Assembly: GCF_963921235.1 (NCBI RefSeq)
Contig: NC_086108.1
Coordinates: 29,700,001 to 29,760,000, forward strand
Length of the DNA: 60,000 nucleotides
DNA from: Mobula hypostoma
Lineage: Eukaryota
Direction: 5' to 3'
Positions within the stretch are counted from its first letter, which is position 1. Each line of letters opens with the position of its first letter. Made by a program: the position numbers and the translations under genes. Below, one piece after another: positions 26,139 to 38,074 of the stretch. The notes beneath the pieces were generated by a model. The model was not told the DNA's origin, did not search any database, and saw only the letters and a program-made list of their open reading frames with translations.

Positions 26139-29100
26139 GTGAGAGTAAGAGTTCGGCACGGACTAGAAGGGCTGAGATGGCCTGTTTCTGTGCTGTAATT
26201 GTTTTATGGTTATATGTTGGAGTCTGTTATTGGTTTTGGGGTACTTGGAGGCACATGACAAAAAGGGCTAAAGTTAGCATGGTTTCCTTATGTTGAAATC
26301 TTGCTTGACAAATCTGTGGAATTGTTTAAGGAAATAACTAACAGAAAAGATGAAGGGAGAGTCAGTGGATGTTGTTCACTTCGATTTTCAGACCTTTGAC
26401 AAGATACTGATCATGAAACTGCTTAATGAGATAAGAGCCCAAGATGTTACAGGAAGGATATGAGCATGGATAAAATATTGGCTGACTGGTAGGAGGCAAA
26501 GAGTCAGAAAAAAGGGGACCGATTCTGGTTTGTTGCTGGTGACTAGTGGAGTTCCACAGGGGCTGATGTTGGTGCTGTTTCTTTTAAAGTTGTATGTCAA
26601 TGATTTAGATGAAGGAATTAATGGCTTTGTGGCCAAGTTTGCAGATGATGCGAAGATGGGTGGAGGGAAAGGTAGAGTTGAGGAAACGGGGTGTCTGCAG
26701 AAGGGCTAGGATAGATTAGGACAATGGGCAAAGACGTGGCAGATGGATTATAGTGTAGGGAAGTGTATGGCCATATACTTTGGCTGAAGGAATAAAGGTG
26801 TTGACTATTCTAAATGGTGAGAAAATTCAAAAATCAGAGGTGTGGAGGAACTTGGGAGCCCTCGTGCAGGATTCCTTGAAGTTTAGCTTGCAGGTTGAGT
26901 TGGTGGTAAGGAAGGCAAATCCAATGTTAGCATTCATTTCCAGAGGACTAGAATTCAAAAGCAAGGACTTAATGCTGAGGCTTGTATTCGAGAAGGTCCA
27001 GGGAGGTTTATGAGAATGATCCCAGGAATGAAAGGGTTAACAGGAGCGTTTGATGGCTCTGGACCTGTGCTTGCTGGAGTTTCGAAGAAGTAGGGGTGGG
27101 GCATGTCATTGAAACCTATTGAATGTTGAAAGACTGAGATGAAGTGGATGTGGAGAGGAGGTTTCCTATTGTAAGAGAGTCTAGGACCAGAGGGCATTGT
27201 CTCAGAATAGAGGGTCATCACTTAGAACAAAGATGAGAAGGATTTTTTTTATATAGTCTGAAGGTGGTATATCTGTGGAATTCATTGCCACAGATGGCTG
27301 TGCAGGCCAGGTCATTGGGTATCATTAAGGCAGAGGTTGATCGGTTATTGATGAGGTTATGGGGAGAAAGCGGGAGAATGGAATTGTGGGGGATAATACA
27401 TTCTCTTCCCCCCCCCATTATAGAATGGCAGAGCAGACTCAATTGGCCAAATGGCCTAATTCTACTCCTCTGTCTAATGGTTTTGTGGTCTAAGGAGTAG
27501 TATCTCATTAACTACCCTTGTCTGAGTTAGGGACTGCCCTGATGTAAACATCGCAAGGGCTATGAGTGGCACAGATGACTGCTGGATAGATCTGTGCCTG
27601 ATCCACTCCACCATGTCCATTAGACTCATGAAAAAGAGGAGGGTTCATAAGAAGCAGACCAGGCCAAGACTACAATTCAAGACCTTTTTTGACACTGCCA
27701 CCCAACATCATCTTCAGGCCTCGTTTGGGGAAAACCTCCAAACGGAACATCCAGAGGATGTCGAAGAACGCTGGGGTCTGCTTAAATCCACCTTCCTCGA
27801 TGCCTGCTAAAATATCCTTGGGTACAAGTCCAGAGTACATCAGGATTTGATGATAACATGGAGATAAATTGGCCTGTCTTCAAGAAAATAAACCTTTTGT
27901 CCCTGGTAGAATGACATTGGCAGCAAGGCCAAAAGAGAAGCTTACTCCAGAGCCAAGGCAACAGCCCTGGAAATCCAGACACAGGCAGACTCTGGTGACA
28001 CGAGAAGCTTCTTCAGTGCCACCAGAGCAGTCTGTGGTCCAAGTTACTGCAATTAAACCCCCCTGCAATCAAAGGACAGGCAAAATTTGCTAATGGATTG
28101 GAAAAATATCACTGATCAATGGAGAGAGCACCTTTAAGAATTTGTTAACTGCGACAGCACTGCTAAACCAAAGGTTGCTAACCAAATCCTCCAGAGACCT
28201 GTGAAAGAAAACATGGGGGAAATCCTTCCAATGTGAAAGAGGTCCATGATGCCAGCAGGTGCGTGAAAAGCAACAAAGCCATTGGTCCTGACGGGATCCC
28301 AGCAATAATCCTCAAGGTAGACCAGCACACCTGTACCACGTACACTCCCTGCTCCTGAAGGTCTAGGAAAAGGAACAAGTGCCCTCAGAGCTCGGGGAAG
28401 CTCTAATAGTGAGCATATCAAAGAAGGGAGATGAGGCAGATTGTGGCAATTAGACATATCTCCCTCTATCAACAGGAAAAGCGCTTGCATGTATCCTTAT
28501 CAACTAACTCCACTATCTGAAGAAGTATTCCCCCAACTGCAATGTGGTTTCTGCCCATCGAGAGGTTTCACAGACATGATCTTCACAATACACCAGTTAC
28601 AGGCAAAATACCATGAACAGAGAGCTTGAGGATTTACTGTGCAAAATGCCTTTATCAAATCCATTGATAGCGGTGTATAAGATAAGAGGTATAGATAGAT
28701 AGTAGACAGCCAGCATCTTTTTTTCCCTGGGTAGCAATGGCCAAATCAAGAAGACATTCTTGAGGTGATTAGAGGACAAGTATAGGGGTAATGTCGGAGG
28801 TAGGTTTATTTTAGTGTTAAGTACATGGAATGCACTGACAGGTGGTAGAAGCAGATACTTTAGTGGCATTTACAAGACTCGGGCACACGCATGAAAGAAA
28901 ATAAAGGGTTGTGTGGGAGAGAAGGATTAGAATAATCTTTGAGCAGGTTAAAGGGTCAGAAGAACACTTTGGGCAGAAGGACCTGTACTGTTCCTGGCAG
29001 TGCTGTTGGAGAATATTACAAGGTGGGGGAGGAATCTGTTAGTTTTCTCTCTTGGATTTTAAAGTCCACAGGGAGGACATGCAGGCTCTGCCAGAATTTA

Positions 29101-30901
29101 ACTCCAAACCCTACAACGCCTTGTGTCACGATAACCACTACGTTCCCATGGCGTGTGGTTATTTTTCATCCGGGTGATGAAAAATGGTTCTCTTGACCGC
29201 TGCTTGAAGACCTGTGTAACAGTGAACTTAATCTCTGGCAGTTCAGAGTCCACAATGGCACGAGGATGATACTTTCTGATTGAAATGTGGTTAATTGGAA
29301 AAAGTTATCATAATAGCACTTTACTAGATGTTGCTGGTGTAAGTGGATTGTTGTATTTATAGGCCCATGTGTTCTAATATCTAATCTATGCTTGTGGTTG
29401 AGGAGCAGTGTGATGGAAGGAAATATGACTTTGGACGTGATTTGGCTATTTCTGGGTATTGGGAGAGGAATTTTCCTATTAGGCCCAGTTTTAGTTTTAC
29501 CTCTCCTAAGAAATTGCGTGATTATGCAGGAATATAGAATAATTGAGTTGCGGTGCTTTGACCTTTGTGTCAAGCAGAGTTCATGAACCACCTAGCACTT
29601 CCTGCCCGTGGAAGTTTGTATTCTTCAATTCCCGCTCGGTTGGCAAGTTCTAGGGAAGATGTGTCATTCAAAAATCAGTAGATTAGTAGATGGCGACAGC
29701 AAACAACGTGACCAAGAGTGATATCCTTCAGACTTGGAATTTTTAAACCGTTCATCATTTGAAAGGCTACCGGATTTTGACATTACCAGCAAGTTCAGGC
29801 TGCAGACAGTCTTAGTCGGGGTTGTGCGTTGCTCTTCCTGTTAAACTGCGTTCATTGGCAGAACTGACTTCTCGGGCAGGAAAATACACATTGTGGAGTT
29901 CTGACCTTAAACTTAAAGTTGATCATTTGGGAGTGCAATCAGGAAGTCTGTTTCATCAAAGGAAGTCATTCTTATCCAGTTTTATGGTTTACCTGTATTT
30001 CCTGTATTTTTTTAAGTTTTGCAGCTTTTGGCCCTAAGGGAATTGGGGAGTGGGGGGGGGTGGTGGAATGAATTGCATTCTAGGTCAACTGTAAGCTAAC
30101 AAGGTGGTGGTACAAGCATGAGGACTTCAATGTTCTTCCTCATCTGTATTCTAATGTAAAAATATTCCCCACACTGCTCTTCCTTCTCGACCTTCCATTA
30201 TATTTCCTCAAATCCTTGTTTCTTTAGCACTAAGCTCTTGTTTTCAGTTTTCTCACTATGGTATAATTTCTATTGTTTTATCTGTAGCTCTGTGACTGTG
30301 AAGCTGATGCAAACATGATTTTTCACTCCTCGTATTTGCGCCTTTCACATACTCACTTGTGCAAATGATAATAAACTTGAAATCGAGGACATTCAAAGTC
30401 CATGGATAAGCCAAACGAGGCCATGTAAAAACCTAGAGGACTTTGAGTCACTGCCACTCCATATCATTACACAAAGGTACATCATTCTTGTGGGAGGCTA
30501 CTGTTTTTGGCACTTTGACAATGGGATGTGCAGCCACACCACATTTTAGTCCAATGTCACCCATGCTGTAATGTTGTTGGAAGTGGGTTAACTTGAGATT
30601 TAATGAAAGTAGCTTGGGAACATCATGTACTTGTGGTAATTCTTATCAATTGTAGGGAAAATTATGAATCTATTTAAACAAATTGTTGCATTGCCTGCTT
30701 CTCAAATCTCCCAAGATTTTAAATGTGGGAATCATTGTAAATTGATTGGAAGTAAGACAAGCATTATGCAGGGCCATGATCAATGATTCTTAATTTGTTA
30801 GTAACTAATATTTGATAACACCTTACTACAGTAACAACTGGGTCTGTGGAGTTTTGCTTTGGTTTGAACACAAGATATTTCAAGCCAGGAAGTGGAAATT
30901 T

Positions 30902-30957
30902 AAGCAACATACATCAAAGTTGCTGGTGAACGCAGCAGGCCAAGCAGCATCTATAGG
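30902..30957 (-). mobile_element. Short PLE terminal fragment
   Basis: agcaaca..aagttgctggtgaacgcagcaggccaagcagcatctatagg. Confidence 0.6.
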
Positions 30958-30974
30958 ATTTTGTTTTTTTTAAA

Positions 30975-30990
30975 CCAGCTGAGGGCGCTG
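30975..30990 (+). promoter_or_regulatory. CTCF-like motif
   Basis: ccagctgagggcgctg, one mismatch from ccagcagagggcgct. Confidence 0.35.
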
Positions 30991-31014
30991 TTAGTTTAGT
31001 TAGTGACTTGAAGA

Positions 31015-31230
31015 TAGTGCAGCATAGGCCCAGTGACCCATCGATTTAACCTTGGCTTAATCACAGGTCACTTTACAAAGACTAATTGATCTACTAACCA
31101 GTACGCATTTGGACTGGGGGAGGAAACCCATGCATTTGACGAGGAAGACATATTATCTCCTAATAGGACACAGGAATTGAAGGCTGAGCTCTGATGCCCT
31201 AAGTTGTAATAGTCGTGCTAACCGTTACAG
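31015..31230 (-). mobile_element. V-SINE
   Basis: tttggactgggggaggaaaccca..ggaattgaa..gtgctaaccgttac is the reverse of the V-domain and tRNA head. Confidence 0.65.
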
Positions 31231-31809
31231 ACTTCAGTGCTATGCTCGTGTAAGTTAGGAGCTGTATAATTTGTAGTGGGGTGAGTGATTTTTCAGCAAG
31301 TGTTTTAACACTTTCATGATGTGTTTAATTTATTAGCGGGTAGGATGGGAAACAGGAAATTTTTTTCCAGGAAACAGGAAACAGCACCTTTCTGATGGCT
31401 GATTCATTTCATTTTATCAATGCAAACACATTCATGTCCTACAAGAAGATTCTTTATAGAATCACCTGTAAACCCTGCACTCTTCCTATGTTTCAAACTC
31501 TGCTGCTAGTGTAGCATCCACTCCAGAGGCTCACTGATGTTTGTTCTTTGTGTACCCACATCCAGGTGGGAGTTGGGTAGAATTCTGTTTTTTATTTCTG
31601 GTGCATATTGAATGATTTCCTCCTGCCACCAGCCCAAAAGTGCCATTTGTCAGAAGGATTGCAGCAGTTCAAGCCACCATTTCCTTGCAGTAAGTTCTGA
31701 GGAATGCTTCCTCTGCCAGTGCTAGCTGCATATTTTTTTAATGCATCTTTCTCTGGATTGCAGCTCCTTTCTGTTATGTCAGGAAACTGAAAGAAAAACT
31801 ACTTGAATA

Positions 31810-32380
31810 AATGGGGTTTACCACTGCCATACTGTACGTTGTGAAATTTGCTTGTGGCAGCAGTACAGTCCTTAATAAGAACTGTGTGTCCTCCCAGCTT
31901 CCCCTTCCTAAGGTCCACTATCAATTCTTTCATCTTGCTGACGTTGTCTGCAGGGTTGTTGTGCCCCCACTCAACCAGCCGATCTGTCTCATTCCTCTAC
32001 AAAATCTCAATGCCAGCAGCAGTGATGTCATCAGTGAATTTACAGATGTTGTTTGAGCTGTGCCTAGCCACAGTGATGAAGGTCGAGCAGTGGACTAATC
32101 ACGCCTTCTAGAGATGTGCCTGTGTTGATTATCAGTGAGGAGGAGATGTTATTTCCAATCCAAACTGACTGTACTCCTGTTAAGAAATTCAGGGATCCAG
32201 CTGCAGAGGGAGGTATGGAGGCCAAGGTTTTGAAGCTTGTGAGTTAGTACGGGGGGGGGGCGGCGGTGGATGATGGTGTTGAACGTCGAGCTGTAATTGA
32301 TAAACAGCAGTATGATGTAGATATTGCTGTCATCCAGAAGGTCCAAACTGAGTGGAGAGCGAGTAAGATAGAGTAGTGTT
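31810..32380 (-). mobile_element. Rex1/Babar RT fragment
   Basis: ILLFINYSSTFNTII..KLQNLGLHTSLCSWIPEFL. Confidence 0.75.
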
Positions 32381-32659
32381 AAGCACAAAGGATGTTGGAG
32401 ATCATTAGCAATTCCTTGGGGGCATTTGGGGAAGCCTTTGGGTACTTCACAACTTGAACTGAAGGGATGCTCTTGGACGTTTGTTCTATTTGGAACCCCA
32501 GAAATGAAGTAGCTCATGTCTGCAATCTTGACCATCTGAAAGTAACTAATTCTCCCTGGTATGCAGAGAAAATGAGAATCCAATCCTCCATCTGTACATG
32601 TCCTTGGGTCTACTATTGCCCAGAAACCTGGCTGCATGTGCTATACACCTATTGACTTT

Positions 32660-33150
32660 GATGGGTCTGAAGCCGGTATCCTCCAGTGGCTAGCACATCT
32701 CCCATTCTCCAAAACACTTCTCATTATCTGTGCGTCTAATGTGGTGGGATGCTTCACCTTCGCTGGTTGAGTGCAAGTACAACAGTATTTTGAAGCTCAA
32801 CAAAGCTGAATACAAATTAGCTTGACTGATGAATGATCAATCTCTAGCCTGGACATTTCCCTTCTTGCCACTTCTTATGGCTGCTGTGTCTGCCAGCTAC
32901 ACGACATATTTAACGACCCACCTAAGCTGCTGTGATTGTGCCTTCCAACACCATTGCCACTAAATCACTAGAACAAAGGAACCAGACATATAACAATACT
33001 ATAATATTACAAGGCTGCATGTTGTCTTTCTCCATAATTGTTTATCTAGATGATAAAAATGCCTTATTTGACTGACTACTCTGTAGGAGTACTTGCAGTG
33101 GGTAAGAGTTACTTCATCTTGAGGTCATCATCATGGCTTTCCTAAATCCT
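32660..33150 (+). mobile_element. Ancient CR1/L2-group LINE remnant
   Basis: Decayed gtgggatgcttcacc..ggttgagtgca..aagctcaac motif typical of old shark LINE RT C-termini. Confidence 0.35.
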
Positions 33151-33729
33151 ATCCTTGCCAGCAAATCCTACATTTATTTGTATGAACAATAAAAATAGTA
33201 GCTTTCAACCTAAATGTCTTTACAGTAGTCTCAACCAAGTGTAATGTAGAAGGCTACTTGTGTTATTGGGTTTGTGTGTACACTTATTGCCCCCTTTGTA
33301 TAGCATTTATCCGCACCACATCTCTCCTAGGCAATTCTGTCTCCTTTAGATCTGTGCTTCATTTTAAACCCTGCTGTGTAAAATTGCTTCACCAGCCATA
33401 CAATGTACATTCCCAGTTTTCTTTAACTACTTTCAGTTTGAATTATTTGGAAGCAGGTAGTTTAGCAGATGTGTATCCAAACATTTTTGTCAACCAATCT
33501 GACAACTGCTCCGCCTCATGGCTCTGGAGACCCAGATTCAATCTTTGCATCTAGTGTTGTCCATGTGAAGCTTTACACTTTGTTCCAAGACTGAAGGTTT
33601 CTGAGCACTCTAATATATCCCCCCCTCATTTGAAGTCATACTGGCTGGTTAATTGATACTGTAAACTAGCTCTTGAGTGGCAACAGGAGTTCAAGGACAT
33701 CAGATGAAAGTTCAGGGATACTGTGAAGA

Positions 33730-34180
33730 ATGGGGGCTGCAGAGGATTGTAAACTCAGCCAGATCCATCATGGGCACCAGCCATCCCAACATAGAGGACA
33801 CCTTCTATGTTGGTACCTTAAGAAGGTAACACACATCATTAAAGATCCACACCATCCAAGTATCCCCACAGAGAAAGGGATCTCATGATTGTATGAGGTG
33901 ACATATATGTACTCTGATAATAAATTTTACTTTGAACTTTGACATGCCCTCTTCTCATTGCTACCTTCAGGGAGGAGGCACAGGATCCTGAAGAGAGACA
34001 CTTGCTGTTTAGGAACAGCTTCGTAACCTCCTTCGGATTTCTGAACAGGATCTCACTATTTGTGCTCTTTATGAGCTACTTGTATATATTTCTTGTAATA
34101 ATTTTGTCTTGCACTTTACCACTGTTGCAAACCAAATTTTGTAATGTAAGTTGATGATGATAAACCAAATTCTGATTCAT
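33730..34180 (+). mobile_element. Rex1-type 3' fragments
   Basis: ctgcagaggattgtaaactcagcc..catcattaaagatccacaccatcc..tttaggaacagcttc, with a short 3' UTR piece at 33870-33937. Confidence 0.65.
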
Positions 34181-34744
34181 TTTAGAAACTGTTAAGCCTT
34201 TGATGGCCTGAATGTCTGCCTTCGTGGTAAGCAAGAAAGGCCAGTCATAAGAGTGATATCTACTTATTGACTGCAACGGAGTACAATCTGGTGTTAATTC
34301 TGCGCATGGAGACGTGCATTGTCACATAGCTGTTTCTGCTCCCAGTGAGACTGACTGCATTTCTATTGGAAAGTCAGATGGTACGGTCATTGGACAGGTA
34401 TTCTCAAGGTTGCTGCATACAGCCTCCACATGTTATTTTGCCATTTCATCAAGATATCTGTCAAAGTCATCTGTGGGGGGGGGGGCGGGGGACATCTGCA
34501 CTGTATGCATGAGGTGTCTGGCCTGATGTGATTTGCTGATTTACCTTTGCAAGCTCAGGTCACGAAAGGCCAACTAGCTCAAATCATTAACAACATTACA
34601 GAATGTTGTATTACTCTTCCCCCCCCCCCCAAAAAAAAAACTTTAATTTGGAGCATTTTACTAGTTATTTTTTCATTAAGTTTCCACAGAATGTGACATG
34701 AATTGTTGGTGATTCCTCTTTAACCTCTAGGACTAGGGAAGGCA

Positions 34745-35680
34745 GCAACATGCACAAAACTCTGTAGGAACTCAGCAGGCCAGGCAGCATCTATGGAAAA
34801 GAATACACATAACGTTTCGGGCTGAGACCTTCATTGGGACTGGAAGGGAAGATGAGTCTTCAGAGTAAAGAGGGGAGACGGGAGGAAGAAGTAAAAGGTG
34901 ATGGGTGAAACCAGGAGAGGGATGAAGTAACAAGCTGGGAAGTTGATGGATGAAAGAGATAAAGGACTGGAGAAGGGGGAATCAGATGGGAGAGGGCAGA
35001 AGGCCATGGAAGAGAGGGAAGGGGGGAGGAGCACCAGAGGAAGGTGATGCAGGTAATGAGGTGACGGGGGGAAATCAGAATGGGCCCCATGAAGGAAGGG
35101 GCCTAATTACTGGAAGTTAGAGAAGTCGATGTTCATGCCATCAGGTTGGAGACTACCCAGATGGAATATAAGGTTTTGCTCCTCCAACCTGAGTGTAGGC
35201 TCATCATGGCAGTAGAGGAGGCCATGGCAGAATGGGAATGGGAGGTGGAACTGAAATGAGTCTCCACCAGAAGACCCTGTTTTTTTTTTGTGGTGGATGG
35301 AGTGAAGGTGCTCGGCGATGTGGTCTCTCAATCTATGTCGGGTCTCACAGATTATACAGGAGGCCACACTGGGAGCATTGGGTACAGTAGATGACCCCAG
35401 CAGACTTGCAGGTGAAGTGCTGCCTTACCTGGAAGGACTGTTTGGGGCCCTGAATGCGGTGAGGGAAGAGATGTAGGCTCAGGTATGGTACTTGTCCCTC
35501 CCCACTGACCTCCCTCCTGGTACTTTGCAAGCGGAATGAGTATAACAAGGGAGTCGAGTAGGGAGAGATCCCCGTGGAAATTGGGACAGGGGGAGATAAC
35601 GATGTAATTAGTGGTGGGATGGTCGAAGTTACGGAGAATTATTTGCTGAGTGCGGAAGCTAGTGGGGTGGTAGGTTAAGA
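34745..35680 (-). mobile_element. Penelope-like element 3' portion
   Basis: QGPKQSFQVRQHFTCKSAGVIYCTQCSQCGLLY, ETRHRLRDHIAEHL and LEEQNLIFHLGSLQPDGMNIDF (GIY-YIG). Degenerate hammerhead at about 34808-34843. Confidence 0.9.
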
Positions 35681-35821
35681 AAACCAACTTGCATTAAAAC
35701 TTGGAAAGGAAATGCCCATCCAGATTTGGGTAGTTATGAGTTCGGGCTTTGAACTGTGCACAGTGTGGGAGAAGATATAATGACTCAGCAGGGATTTTTG
35801 CATTAATATTGGCTGTACAAC

Positions 35822-36118
35822 AAGGTCCAGCAGTGGGGAAGTCCAGGACCAGGGAAACAGCCTCGGAATACACGGACATTCTTTTAGGTAAGAGGTGGAG
35901 AGGAATTTCTTATGCAAAGGGTGGTGAATCTGTGGAATTCATTGCACCAACAGCTGTGGAGGCTAAGGCAGAGGTTGATAGGTTCTTCTTAGTCAGGGCA
36001 TCAAAGGTTATGGGGAGAAGGCAGGAGAACAGGGTTGAGAGGGATACATCAGTCATGATTGAATGGTGGAGCAGACTCAATGGCTGAATGTCCTACTTCT
36101 GCTCCTAGCTCTTATGGA
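35822..36118 (+). mobile_element. CR1 3' end fragment
   Basis: gtggggaagtccaggacc..ggtggtgaatctgtggaattc..cttctgctcctagctcttatgg. Confidence 0.85.
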
Positions 36119-38074
36119 ATGAACTGCACCTAAGCTTGCACAAGATCACTTTTCCTTTCTGAACATTCCCTTGCTTTCTTGGTTCTTTTCAGTTTGTGCT
36201 TCCTTTTTCATTTGGCTCACTGCAGTGTTGCATTTACAAATGTCATACCTAAATACAGAGTGTTCTCAAGATTGTTTGGTGACTGTTCTGCGGAAGGACA
36301 TTAATCTTTAACTCTGCCATAAGCAATGTAGTACGATCTGTTTATGCAATGAAAATGAATGATGTTTGACATTTGTGCATGGACAAATTGTGTAACGTGA
36401 AGTGCTTTATGTTTCCAATTATAAGCACTTGTTTCCTCCCAACCACATAGGGTGCTGATTTTTGCAGATTGCAGTCATGGGGGTGGATGGGGGAGGGTTC
36501 TCTCCGTGTAAAATTAACTTGAGAGCTCTTGCCACCACCCAAGACTTTAGCCCCACCCAACAGTATCACCGGGTGCCCACTTAACCACAAGTGCAATGAA
36601 TAGCATTTATAACAAATTTGGGGATAATGAATGAAAATCCCAAAATATAAGCAATGATGGAAATACTTGTCCAGCAGCATCTTTATAGCTTCCCTAAACA
36701 GATTTATCAAATTGTTTCCCACCAATACGGATGCTGTCTGAGCTACTGGGCCCTTCCGGTTCTACTGGGGGCTGATGTAGAGGAGTTTGTGTATCATTCC
36801 AACTTCCTTTTCTATTTCCTTTCTAGAGTGGTTCTGCTTGCCAACTAAGGTATCCAATCTGTGGGAAATTGGCTCGTGAGTCCTGTGATTTGACGCACTA
36901 ACATTGGCAGAATGCTAAATGGTGAAACCTGAAATGATTGTGGCATGGGCGCAGTTATGTACCTACTGGAGAACACCAAGTTTGATAATGCTTTAGTTAT
37001 GAAGGGGGAGAAGTGCCTTCTGATTTAAAATTTTGTAAATGTAATTGATTTCAACCAACATCTGCCTAACTGATTTAATGGGAGATCTATGGGACGCTTT
37101 ACCGGTCTGAGGTTAAAGGAATTATTCTTTGTGTCTGTTTACTCTGAATATATTTAAAAAAGAATATCATGGAAACTGACTGGTGCAAATTGATTTGTGG
37201 TCAGAACCCAGAAACTCTAGGCCAGTTGTGCCTATATAAAATAATTTTTTCCCTGAATTGCCACGAGAAATCAACACATGCTGTCCAGATGTGAGTGCAT
37301 ATAGCCTTTGCTTTGGAATAGCACTAAAATTTTTATTAATTGTCTCAGTTGGCACCAATTTGTGCTGTAGTAATTCCATTCATTAGAACAGGTTTGGCAG
37401 CAATTCAGACATTTCTGGTCTATTGTGTTGTGTGCAAAATAGCATTGCTGTTGATATGACTACTTTGCAAAAGACAAATGAGGATGTGATTGCATTGCTT
37501 CAATAGAGGGCATTTCTGTGATCAGCTATTTGGCTTTGTCATGTGAGAGTTTCTATTGAAACTTGTTACTATTACCAACACTGAATCACCTCCCAGCTCT
37601 AGTGAATTTGCTGGGTGTGCAGGTCTGGGGAACAGTCAGGCATAGTTGCCTGCTTGGGAATCTGACTGCAATTGTGCCTGTTATTTGAACAAAAGCTAAT
37701 AGTGGGCAGCTGTTGGCTTCTTCCACTAGTCCATTCAGAGGAAACATAGAAAATCATCAGCATGGGACTCTTGCCTTGTGACCATGTGCTGGGAAGCTAA
37801 AGAACCCTCATTGTGCAAAGCAATTCCCAGCTATGACAATAGCCGTATAGTGGTGCAGGTTGCCAGTTTTATGGGGTAGAGGCAGGAAAAGGGGAGAAAA
37901 GCCCTTGTACAGATCTTTAAAGCTGTAATAGCATGAGCAGATTTGCTATCATTTTAACAATTTGTTTAATAAGAAACACCATTCAGTTAGCCTCCTGATA
38001 TCAGTCACCAGACATCAGCCTAGCTGAGCAGGGAGGCTATCTGCAGAGCCTCTCCCTGGGTGAAGTGGCAAAAA

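Larger units (their letters stand above)
22032..26216 (+). mobile_element. Younger full-length CR1 LINE (5' UTR, ORF1, ORF2, 3' tail), with few disablements
   Basis: GC-rich 5' UTR, ORF1, ORF2 with APE endonuclease and RT (YADD at about 25313), and a 3' tail ttatggttat. Confidence 0.95.
19365..27487 (+). mobile_element. Older, degraded near-full-length CR1 (pieces 19365-22031 and 26217-27487)
   Basis: ORF1 remnants (CCLPGVRIRD, IGTNTI), then endonuclease and RT remnants. The reading NYRPVRLPSMVRKM|LESVI joins across the younger insertion. Confidence 0.9.
19160..28663 (+). mobile_element. RTE-clade LINE, inverted 5' part (19160-19364 and 27488-28663), interrupted by CR1 elements
   Basis: NSRVRK..GKEGTGYINSDGLFLLTMCA..FWQ at 19165-19360. 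The reading resumes at 27490 with YLINY..DVNIARAMSGTDDCWID, GPDGIPA and QCGFCPSRGFTDMIFTIHQLQAK. Confidence 0.8.
17945..28995 (+). mobile_element. Oldest layer of the nest: CR1 3' fragment split into 17945-18077 and 28664-28995
   Basis: aggatgagaggtgatttgatagagctgta (RMRGDLIELY) at the left resumes as ttgatagcggtgtataagataagaggtatagat at 28664. Confidence 0.8.

Noticed and set aside
29731..29843. Possible coding exon DLEFLNRSSFERLPDFDITSKF, in phase with the 15433-15509 candidate
   Set aside because: There is no convincing donor before the stop, the acceptor is weak, and the joined peptide resembles no protein I recognise.
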